A DNA stretch of 22,826 bases from an uncultured Eubacteriales bacterium (GTDB lineage Bacteria; Bacillota; Clostridia; Oscillospirales; Acutalibacteraceae). Shown in pieces: positions 1 to 7,000 of this stretch; the first letter of the stretch is position 1, and the number at the start of each line of letters is the position of its first letter. The notes under the pieces were generated by a model. It did no database searches. It was not told the origin of the DNA and saw only the letters and a program-made list of their open reading frames with translations. Location: contig ONID01000024.1 in the NCBI GenBank assembly GCA_900317765.1, positions 1 to 22,826 of the forward strand, written 5' to 3'. The position numbers and the translations under genes were made by a program.

Positions 1-835
1 TAATCAGACCCTTGTGTATACAGGAGAATATCAATTCGCCTATGCGTCTGTCTTTTGCCGATTTATGTGAATTGAGCAGCTTACTGATGGTACGCAGAAC
101 CTCCTTTGAGTAATCGTCCGGCTTAAGCGGCGGTAAGTCCCTGCCGAAGCGATATACCATCATCTTCCCTACGCGGCGGTCACCGCTTTCAATCAGTCCT
201 TTGTCTTTCAGACTGTTTACCAGATTGCCCGCCTGATCAAGCGTGATTCCGCACCCGGAGGAAATATCCTCGACCGTAAAGCTGTCAATCCCCTTGTCCA
301 GAAAGCTCAAAAGCAGTCTGGCGCATGATTGCCTTCGGGACGAACTGTTTTCCGCTAAAGTTAAAAGCTCATCACGCAGTCGCAGACTGCCTACCTCATC
401 GTCAATGATCTGTGTCGGCGTATAGTCGATCGGCACCCCCGGGGTATATAAAGTCTCAATATCTGTTATTTCAATCGGTTCAATATCGGTCGGTTCGTTT
501 GTTTCTGCGCTTTCCTCCGGATATTCGACTGCTTCATGTTGCGGTTCGCCGGACGGAATCAGGGGTATCCGTGCTAATTCCGATTCTGACTCGTGCAGAC
601 TTTCTTCTTCCCTTTGCGCTCTCAGTTTTCTTTCGTCAATTGCTCTTGAAAGCAGGTCGAGGAAATACTCGATAAAATACGTCAGGTCGCCGCCGTTTTC
701 CTCCCGGAGAATGTTGGCAATCGTAACGGTTCCGGCAATCGTTCCCGCCGAAGCGATGAACAGTGCCGTCAGCAGACGGTGGTCATCCTCGCCGGTCTTG
801 GGGTTGTCGGGAACAGGCTCTTTCTTATCGGTCAT
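1..835 (-). CDS. Partial CDS (3' end runs off the left edge): hypothetical protein with winged-helix/HTH-like C-terminal modules
   Basis: My own translation of the minus strand from ATG (plus-strand cat at 833-835) stays open to position 1, about 278 codons (MTDKKEPVPDNPKTGEDDHRLL...LLSFLDKGIDSFTVEDISSGCGITLDQAGNLVNSLKDKGLIESGDRRVGKMMVYRFG...). It is absent from the supplied track, probably because no stop codon lies in the window. The + strand ORFs 243..425 and 412..675 are its shadows. Confidence 0.5.
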   Translation of the reverse strand, partial: MTDKKEPVPDNPKTGEDDHRLLTALFIASAGTIAGTVTIANILREENGGDLTYFIEYFLDLLSRAIDERKLRAQREEESLHESESELARIPLIPSGEPQHEAVEYPEESAETNEPTDIEPIEITDIETLYTPGVPIDYTPTQIIDDEVGSLRLRDELLTLAENSSSRRQSCARLLLSFLDKGIDSFTVEDISSGCGITLDQAGNLVNSLKDKGLIESGDRRVGKMMVYRFGRDLPPLKPDDYSKEVLRTISKLLNSHKSAKDRRIGELIFSCIHKGLI

Positions 836-850
836 TATTTCAAAAACCTA

Positions 851-879
851 TTGAAAAATGTCAGATAATGATGTAGAAT
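851..879 (+). promoter_or_regulatory. Sigma-70-like promoter upstream of the TIR gene
   Basis: TTGAAA (851-856), a 17-nt spacer, then TAGAAT (874-879) with TG immediately upstream. It lies in the divergent intergenic region. Confidence 0.45.
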
Positions 880-886
880 AAAAATA

Positions 887-1927
887 ATGATTGTCTACAA
901 ATGCAGGGAGATGACATTTTCGATGGGATATAAAGTATTTATTTCATTCAAGCGAAATGCGCTTGACGGAAGCGGTATTACAAGAGATTATGTATTAGCT
1001 GCCGATCTGCATAGATCATTAAAAGACAAAGGAATCGAAACCTTTTTCAGCGAAAAGGATTTATCAACGTCGGATTTTCGTGATGAAATAGACGAAGCAT
1101 TGGACGAAGCAGAGATATTGGTTGTTGTCGGAACCAATAAAGATCATCTGGAATCGAAAAACGTAAAGTACGAATGGCGTTCATTTCAGGAAGATTTATT
1201 AGGTGGATACAAACCCAACGGACAGATTTATACCTATATAGAGGGTATGAAGCAAGAGCAACTACCCAGGGCATTGCGTTTGAAGCAATCTTTTTTCTCT
1301 GAACAAAAAGAAACGCTCGTGCGATTTATAATGGACAATCTTGGAATAACGGATTCTCCTGCCAATGCAAAAACCACGCAAAACACAACCGCCAAACCAG
1401 CTTCTCAACCCGCCCCGCAACCGCAGCCCGTAAAAAAAACACCCCCCGCGCCGAGCAAGAGTTATCGCGTAGGCGACAGAATCCCCTTCGGTCAATATCC
1501 TGTGGAAAACGGAAGGGCGCTGCTGATTACCGACAAGCTGATTGATTATGTAGAGTATAATGAATCATATGCCAATGTCACATGGGAAACCTGCACACTA
1601 CGGAAATGGATGAACAGCTATTTCATCAGCAAGGCATTCAGCAGCAGTCAACAGGCGCAGATAGTTACAGTCACCAATCAGAACCCGAACAATCCGAAAT
1701 ATGGCACAAAAGGCGGCAACACCACGCAGGACAGAGTCTTTGCACTCAGCATAGATGAGGCAAAAAAATATTTTTCATCAGATTCCGACAGAAAAGCATA
1801 TACTTCGCCCGGCGACTCTAGTATTTTCGCTGCGGGTGTGTACGACCGTGGCAACATCGATCAGGACGGTTTCTTCGTCGATTACAATAACGTTGCTGTT
1901 CGCCCGGCTTTCTGGCTAAATCTATAA
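887..1927 (+). CDS. TIR-domain protein with a Pro/Gln-rich linker and a C-terminal putative ligand-binding domain (candidate DGR variable protein)
   Basis: N-terminus YKVFISFKR...AEILVVVGT...SKNVKYEWRSF is TIR-like. The linker is AKPASQPAPQPQPVKKTPPAPS. The C-terminal domain (VTWETCTLRKWMN...DRVFALSIDEAKKYF...SPG...AVRPAFWLNL) resembles, from memory, the family I recall as DUF6273. The true start may be ATG 911 or 923 (MGYKVFISF). Confidence 0.8.
   Translation: MIVYKCREMTFSMGYKVFISFKRNALDGSGITRDYVLAADLHRSLKDKGIETFFSEKDLSTSDFRDEIDEALDEAEILVVVGTNKDHLESKNVKYEWRSFQEDLLGGYKPNGQIYTYIEGMKQEQLPRALRLKQSFFSEQKETLVRFIMDNLGITDSPANAKTTQNTTAKPASQPAPQPQPVKKTPPAPSKSYRVGDRIPFGQYPVENGRALLITDKLIDYVEYNESYANVTWETCTLRKWMNSYFISKAFSSSQQAQIVTVTNQNPNNPKYGTKGGNTTQDRVFALSIDEAKKYFSSDSDRKAYTSPGDSSIFAAGVYDRGNIDQDGFFVDYNNVAVRPAFWLNL
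1814..1891 (+). other. Variable-region-like tract at the 3' end of the TIR gene
   Basis: In the 26 codons between SPG and AVRPAFW, 23 end in C/T by hand count (gac tct agt att ttc gct ... gat tac aat aac). This is the look of AAY template codons after adenine mutagenesis. No matching TR was found in the window. Confidence 0.3.
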
Positions 1928-1963
1928 TAAAAAATCTTCAAATCTAAAAATCATCACATCATT

Positions 1964-2245
1964 ATGCGCCGCAGGCGCATCTTTAATCCTTTTCGCCGCG
2001 AAGCGGCGCGAAAAATTGCAAAGGAACTTTGCTCCTATGTGATGACAGTTACACAGAAATCCCCCAAGCATTTTCGGTTTACCTTCGTGACACGAATGCA
2101 GAACCTTTCGCTTGATGTGATAGAAAATTTGTACCGCGCGAACGACACGTTTGTCAGCGGCAGAGACAGGGAAGCCATAAAACAAAGGCTTGACTATCAG
2201 CATAAAGCAATCACTTCACTGAAACTCCTCGCTTACATTTCCTAA
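1964..2245 (+). CDS. avd: Avd-like four-helix-bundle accessory protein, apparently C-terminally truncated
   Basis: SPKHFRFTFVTRMQNLSLDVIENLYRANDTFV matches the pattern of four-helix-bundle / Avd-like proteins that sit between DGR target genes and the RT. It is only 93 aa and ends abruptly (..LKLLAYIS*), where homologues I recall continue for another 25-40 aa. Confidence 0.55.
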   Translation: MRRRRIFNPFRREAARKIAKELCSYVMTVTQKSPKHFRFTFVTRMQNLSLDVIENLYRANDTFVSGRDREAIKQRLDYQHKAITSLKLLAYIS

Positions 2246-2248
2246 TCA

Positions 2249-2347
2249 CTCCCTCAGTCAGCTTCGCTGACAGCTCCCTCAAAGAGGGAGCCATGAATTG
2301 CCTCCCTCCGTGAGGGAAGTGGCACGATAGTGCCGGAGGGAGTTTTA
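2249..2347 (+). repeat. Hairpin-rich palindromic element (possible REP/MITE-like insert, terminator or structured RNA)
   Basis: CTCCCTC occurs 3 times (2249, 2274, 2302) and GAGGGA(G/A) 3 times (2284, 2312, 2336). Perfect hairpins are GTCAGC-ttc-GCTGAC (2257-2271) and GCTCCCTC-aaa-GAGGGAGC (2273-2291). The outer stem CTCCCTCCG/CGGAGGGAG (2302-2310 / 2334-2342) encloses GGCAC-gata-GTGCC and is followed by TTTT. Confidence 0.5.
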
Positions 2348-2402
2348 CCATAAGCCCTAAGTTGAAGATAAGATTACATAATTAAAATGAAGGTCTTATA
2401 AA

Positions 2403-3455
2403 ATGAGTGAATACGAAAATCTGTATGATTTTCAAAACCTGCTCAAAGCGCACAAAAGGGCGCGTCTCGGCAAGCAGGGCAAGCGGGAAGTCATTGATTT
2501 CGAGATGAACCTTTCTCAGAATCTGTGTGAAATGTCGGAAGAAATCAAAAACGAAAGCTATCATATCAGCGGCTACTACAGCTTTAATGTCTACGAGCCA
2601 AAAGAAAGAACCATTCACGCGCTGCACTACCGGGACAGGGTAGTGCAGCATTGTTTATGTGACGAGATCATAGCGCCGCTGTTTGAAAGGAATCTGATAT
2701 ACGACAATGCCGCCTGTCGCAAGGGTAAAGGAACGCTTTTTGCCATCAGAAGGCTGTCGGAATTTCTGCGCACCTTTTGCCGAGAACACGGCAACAAGGG
2801 TTATTTTTTGAAGTGCGACATCCGGAAATTCTTTGACAACATCGACCATGAGATTTTAAAGGATGTTCTGACAAGAAAGATTGCCGACACACAGGTGCTT
2901 GCGCTTTGCGAGAAAATCATTGACAGCTATGAAACCGCGCAGGGCAAGGGTCTTCCGCTCGGCAATCAGACAAGCCAATGGTTTGCGCTGATTTACCTCG
3001 ACGGATTCGACAGGCTTTGCAAGGAACAGCTTCACCTGCGTTTCTATACCAAATATATGGACGACATGATTATCGTGCATGAAAGCAAGGCGTATCTGCA
3101 CGATTGTCTTGCAAAAATGCGCGATTACGCCGAAGATGAACGTAAGCTGCAATTCAATCAAAAGACCCAGATATTCCCCGTCAAAAACGGCGTGGAATAT
3201 CTGGGATTTCGTTTTTCATTAAGCAAGTCCGGTGCGGTCATCAGGCGATTAAAGACATCATCGAAACTGAGATACAGAAGAAAATTAAGGTCATATATGC
3301 GGCTGTACAGAGATGGAAACATTGAACTTGAAGAAATACGGCAAAGTCTCTCCGGCTATCATGGGCATATGAAGCACGGCAGCACCTTTCATTTGAAGAA
3401 GAAAGCACTTTCATCCTTTTCTTTGAGACGGTCAGATGAATTTTCGGAATTATGA
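2403..3455 (+). CDS. Reverse transcriptase, DGR type
   Basis: YEPKERTIHALHYRDRVVQHCLCDEIIAPLFE, FLKCDIRKFFDNIDH, LPLGNQTSQWFALIYL (the DGR-typical [I/L]GxxxSQ instead of the SP of group II/retron RTs), YMDDMIIV, and C-terminal SLSGYHGHMKHGSTFHL. Layout and size (350 aa) resemble Bordetella phage bRT. Confidence 0.85.
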   Translation: MSEYENLYDFQNLLKAHKRARLGKQGKREVIDFEMNLSQNLCEMSEEIKNESYHISGYYSFNVYEPKERTIHALHYRDRVVQHCLCDEIIAPLFERNLIYDNAACRKGKGTLFAIRRLSEFLRTFCREHGNKGYFLKCDIRKFFDNIDHEILKDVLTRKIADTQVLALCEKIIDSYETAQGKGLPLGNQTSQWFALIYLDGFDRLCKEQLHLRFYTKYMDDMIIVHESKAYLHDCLAKMRDYAEDERKLQFNQKTQIFPVKNGVEYLGFRFSLSKSGAVIRRLKTSSKLRYRRKLRSYMRLYRDGNIELEEIRQSLSGYHGHMKHGSTFHLKKKALSSFSLRRSDEFSEL

Positions 3456-3495
3456 TAAAATATATCGCCGGTCGCGCAGAATCCGTTCCTCCCTG

Positions 3496-3842
3496 TCAGC
3501 CATCATTCAGCCCCGCCTTGATTTCGCTGCCGTCCTTGAATATCACGCGGATATCGTCCTTGCTGTAAACCACCATGTGATCCACCATGGTCATCCAGTC
3601 CTCCTCGCGGAATTCTGTCAACAGGTCACGTTCACGTAGCTGCCGGAGATACCGTAATCCGCGAATACGCCGGCGTATTCCCATTCGGGATTGCTCTGGA
3701 TGAGCGAACTGTAATAGCTCACCTGCGCCGAGAGCGAATGGCGCATACGCTCCGATTCCACGGAGACCCTCGCGTAAGCGGCGACCCGTTTTTTCTTTGG
3801 CAGAGTAGGGCAAGTATCGCTGATTTTTTCTATTGTTTTCAA
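3496..3842 (-). pseudogene. Large serine recombinase remnant (N-terminal ~70 aa joined to C-terminal ~40 aa, different frames)
   Basis: ORF 3618..3842 has the resolvase motif KRVAAYARVS...SLSAQVSYY...WEYAGVFADYGISG and then diverges. ORF 3496..3813 ends with ...EEDWMTMVDHMVVYSKDDIRVIFKDGSEIKA, typical of large serine recombinase C-termini. About 1.2 kb of the middle is missing. Confidence 0.75.
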
Positions 3843-3865
3843 AATAATACCTCCCTTCGGTATGT

Positions 3866-4171
3866 CTATATATCCCTCAGAACGGCATAAAAATCAAGCG
3901 TTTTCGGATAATAACATACCCAAATACGGGCGGTATTTTTGCAGCAGTATTGTATCAGATCGCCGACACTTTCAAAATTGCGGTAGAAGGAAGCGCGTGC
4001 TACACCGGACGTATGAATCAGGTCTGTCACGGTGATATGTGTCCATTCCTTCTGCTGTGACAGCGCAATCATGGCGTTCAGCAATCGGTCTTTCACCTGT
4101 TTTTCCCGTTTGTCTTTCTTTTCTGTTGTTGTCTCTGTTTCCATGATACACATTTTCCCTTTCTGTCTCAT
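3866..4171 (-). CDS. TetR/AcrR-family regulator, HTH domain only (likely 3'-truncated)
   Basis: WTHITVTDLIHTSGVARASFYRNFESVGDLI is a TetR N-terminal HTH. The ORF is 101 aa (92 aa from the likelier start METETT at 4144) versus about 190 aa normally. The stop lies 23 nt from the recombinase remnant. Confidence 0.7.
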   Translation of the reverse strand: MRQKGKMCIMETETTTEKKDKREKQVKDRLLNAMIALSQQKEWTHITVTDLIHTSGVARASFYRNFESVGDLIQYCCKNTARIWVCYYPKTLDFYAVLRDI

Positions 4172-4273
4172 ATCTTATGTTGATTGCCTTTCTTTTATAT
4201 GATACAATTTATATCATAGATTTGCAACTGGTTTACGGAATTTGAATAGCGAGCGAAGGGGGGGAAAGGTTCA

Positions 4274-5041
4274 ATGAAAAATACCGTTCTGATTACCGGC
4301 GCATCAGCCGGAATCGGCAAGGCACTTGCAGAAGAATTTGCACGACACGGCTTCAATCTTCTGCTGGTTGCCAGAAGCAAGGACAAACTCGAGCAGATAG
4401 GGCAATCCCTGCATGAACAATACGGTGCAGAAGTCAGAATTCTGCCGCTCGATTTGCTGTCGGACAATGCCCCCGGTACAATCCTGCAATTTGTAGAAGA
4501 AAACGACATAGAGATAACGTATCTGATCAACAATGCCGGTATGGGAGACGCCTGTCTGTTTGAAGAATCCGATCTGTCAAAGGATGAGCGCATTGTTACG
4601 CTGAATGTCATGACGCTGATGAGAATGAACCGTCTGTTCCTTCCATATCTCAAAGAACACGGCGGTGGAACGGTTGTCAATATCGCGTCAACTCTTGCCT
4701 TTGCGCCTACCGCCGGTGAAGCGGTCTATGCGGCTTCCAAAGCCTTCGTCCTGTCATTCAGTCAGGCTTTATATGAGGAAACCAAAAGGAGTAATGTCTC
4801 AGTGCTGACGGTCTGCCCCGGCGTGACAGATACCGATTTCTTCAAAAGCGCAGGATTCGAGCTGGGTCATTTCAAAGCAGCATCGCCAGAGAGCTTTGCC
4901 GGATTCGCCTATCAATCCATTGTCAGAAAGAAGCCTCTGTCAATTCATCGTTTCTTTAATCGGATGACGGCACTGTTTTGCAGGCTTGCACCGAGAAGAA
5001 TGGTCAGAGAAACATTCGCCGCGGCTTGCGGTACAAAATAG
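4274..5041 (+). CDS. Short-chain dehydrogenase/reductase (SDR) family oxidoreductase
   Basis: TGASAGIGKA (TGxxxGxG), NNAG and YAASKAF (YxxxK) are present. It is divergent from tetR. Confidence 0.9.
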   Translation: MKNTVLITGASAGIGKALAEEFARHGFNLLLVARSKDKLEQIGQSLHEQYGAEVRILPLDLLSDNAPGTILQFVEENDIEITYLINNAGMGDACLFEESDLSKDERIVTLNVMTLMRMNRLFLPYLKEHGGGTVVNIASTLAFAPTAGEAVYAASKAFVLSFSQALYEETKRSNVSVLTVCPGVTDTDFFKSAGFELGHFKAASPESFAGFAYQSIVRKKPLSIHRFFNRMTALFCRLAPRRMVRETFAAACGTK

Positions 5042-5063
5042 GAACAAATCAACCATAAAGAAA

Positions 5064-5112
5064 AAAGCAGCTGTCAATGAGAATATTTTTATCTCACGGA
5101 TAGCTGCTTTTG
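5064..5112 (+). terminator. Putative rho-independent terminator after the SDR gene
   Basis: Long imperfect hairpin AAGCAGCTGTCAATGAGA / TCTCACGGATAGCTGCTT followed by TTT. Confidence 0.45.
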
Positions 5113-5363
5113 CTATGTGTGTTTCTGTTTGTAGGAATGCCTACTTGCAGCAGATGGAGGATTACTATGCAGATAGTATTACTATGTGCGTAGTAATAAA
5201 TGGTGTATTTATGCGTACAATTGGGCGTCACCGTCAGTACTGTCAGTCAGACAGAAATACACGAGAATCATTGAACTGGGTGACGAGGAGTGTTTAGATA
5301 ATACAGGATAACATTGTAATGGCTGGTTTATTTGTGGGCATAAGCATCACAGACAGTGTTCTC

Positions 5364-5421
5364 AGAGCAAAATAAGCCCGCAGTCCGTCCCTCAATTCAC
5401 TGAGAGACAGCCTGCGGGCTT
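5364..5421 (-). terminator. Putative rho-independent terminator of the amidase gene
   Basis: AAGCCCGCAG (5374-5383) pairs with CTGCGGGCTT (5412-5421), with an inner GTCCCTCA/TGAGAGAC stem. On the minus strand it is followed by ATTTTG. Confidence 0.55.
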
Positions 5422-5429
5422 CGGTGTTG

Positions 5430-6311
5430 TCATAATGCTTTTTTCAAATCGGCGCGGGTCTTGATGCCGACGATGGCGTCAGCGGCGAGGTGGTGCTTGC
5501 GCTGGAAGGACAGGACTGCCGCCTTCGTCAGTACGCCGAAGTGACCGTCGACGTCGAGCTTTTCTCCGGCAGCCTTGTTCAGGTGCCACTGCACCCACTT
5601 CACACCGTTGCCCCTTGCGCCGTAGCGGACAGCGGATTTCGGCTCCGCGTAGGGGCATTTGGCGGTCGGCTTGGAAGTCGGCGCGGTGGTTTCGTTCAGA
5701 GCGGCGGTTACCTTCTTGGCGAGGTCGCCCATGCGTGCATACAGCCAGTCGCCCGGACAGGATTTGTTGGCAAACCAGCGGTGAACCGTCAGTACCATCT
5801 CGTCCGGCTTGGGATTGTAGGTGAGCGATTTTGTCTTGTCCCCGAACCACAGCAGCTTCTTCTTGCCGTTGCGCTTGCAAATGTCGACGCAGAGCTTCAC
5901 AAGTGTTTCGTACACAACCGGCTTGAAGGCGTAGGGCGGCTTCGGGTCGTACGCGCATTCGATGGTGATTGCCCTCTGGTCGTTGGCGTTCGAGGACGAA
6001 CACCACGAACGGTTCTTTTCCTCCACATACAGTGCGACTGTGCCGTCAAGGGCAATGCCGTAATTGGACGACACTGCCCTTGTGCCGGAAAAGATGTCGC
6101 CCAGCCTTGCCGCCGTCACCTCAATGCTTGCCGTACTTCCCTCAGAATAGGTAATCGTCATGGTGTGCGTGGTGTAAATGTCATTGATGAGGTCACTCAG
6201 CTTCTCCGGGGTAGCAACTGTCCGGTCAACGGAAAGCAGGATATACTGGCTGCCATTGTAGATAAAGGTCGCGATGTCTCCTGCTCTGATCACGTCGGCC
6301 GCAATTGCCAC
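5430..6311 (-). CDS. N-acetylmuramoyl-L-alanine amidase-like lysin with a C-terminal peptidoglycan-binding domain; 5' end probably disrupted
   Basis: SSNYGIALDGTVALYVEEKNRSWCSSSNANDQRAITIECA...VHRWFANKSCPG is amidase_2-like. GNGVKWVQWHLN...LDVDGHFGVLTKAAVLSFQRKHHL is PG_binding_1-like. The ORF-track start is GTG, and the frame stays open upstream to 6359. Confidence 0.7.
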   Translation of the reverse strand: MAIAADVIRAGDIATFIYNGSQYILLSVDRTVATPEKLSDLINDIYTTHTMTITYSEGSTASIEVTAARLGDIFSGTRAVSSNYGIALDGTVALYVEEKNRSWCSSSNANDQRAITIECAYDPKPPYAFKPVVYETLVKLCVDICKRNGKKKLLWFGDKTKSLTYNPKPDEMVLTVHRWFANKSCPGDWLYARMGDLAKKVTAALNETTAPTSKPTAKCPYAEPKSAVRYGARGNGVKWVQWHLNKAAGEKLDVDGHFGVLTKAAVLSFQRKHHLAADAIVGIKTRADLKKAL

Positions 6312-6367
6312 ACCTCGATAGTAGATTGCCTTTGCGCCCTTACTGTTGATGTTGAGCGATCATCGGC

Positions 6368-6925
6368 ATGAAACGCGCCGACCGCCAAGCCTTAATCAGA
6401 GGAATGAATGTCGTTTACATCTATCATGACACAATTGACGAAGCCGGACATCTCGACAAGTCCATTTTCGGCGCGTGCATGGATGCAATTGATGAAATCA
6501 AAAACATGGTTCGCATTATCACCAACGAATTCGGCGGCATCAGTCTACAGGAGATGGTGGTGCCCGGTCATCGAATACCACTTTCTGCGCAACGACAGCA
6601 AAGAATACCAGCGCAACAAGAGCCAATACGATACAAAACCGGTGCCAGTCAGTCTTCTGTCGGCAAGCAGGAAGATCTGTAACATGATATTCTCGCTGAA
6701 TTTCTACCAGAAAGAGCCTGTTGGAGGCAATCGCGAGGCAGCCTCCTGTCAGGTCTATTCTGCCGACAGTAACGGACGGAAAATCAGCGATACACCGACG
6801 ATTATTGCTGACAAGACCATCGACAACGTGCAGAAGTGCAGGAGCGCATTTTCCGCTGCACCTTCAATCTGAAGCAGCTGTCATACAGCAATATGGCAGC
6901 CGAATACCTCATCATCACCGAATTA
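6368..6925 (+). pseudogene. pglZ: Remnant of a second, diverged pglZ (3' third; two frameshifts and a ~100-aa internal deletion)
   Basis: Across three frames it reads NVVYIYHDTIDEAGHLDKSIFGACMDAIDEIKNMVRIITNEFGG | ISLQEMVVP / VIEYHFLRNDSKEYQRNKSQYDTKPVPVSLLSASRKICNMIFSLNFYQKE... / QERIFRCTFNLKQLSY..EYLII. This is colinear with the intact PglZ at 17940-18753, with about three quarters of residues identical by eye. Confidence 0.8.
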
Positions 6926-7000
6926 AGTAATGGCTCGATATCGCTCCTGTAAATTTTTTGTAAACGTCGCCTTTATCTTCCAAAAGAGCTCTGATCTGAT

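Noticed and set aside
243-675. The + strand ORFs 243..425 and 412..675 from the supplied track
   Set aside because: They lie antisense to a much longer uninterrupted minus-strand frame (1-835) that has protein-like composition, and they have no recognisable motifs. I treated them as shadow ORFs.
2246-2402. The avd-RT spacer as the DGR template repeat, or as a tRNA
   Set aside because: It shows no similarity to the 3' end of the TIR gene (1780-1925) or to any other coding 3' end in the window, so it cannot be the cognate TR here. The hairpins do not form a cloverleaf with an anticodon arm.
4986-5297. 103-aa ORF in the SDR-lysin intergenic region
   Set aside because: It overlaps the SDR 3' end and the terminator hairpin, has no SD and shows no recognisable similarity. 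It is probably non-coding spacer.
5479-6371. Long ORFs 5479..6006 (-) and 5490..6371 (+) overlapping the amidase gene
   Set aside because: Their Arg/Gly/Pro-rich, low-complexity translations are typical of off-frame or antisense reading of a GC-rich gene. Only the 5430..6311 frame shows amidase and PG-binding motifs.
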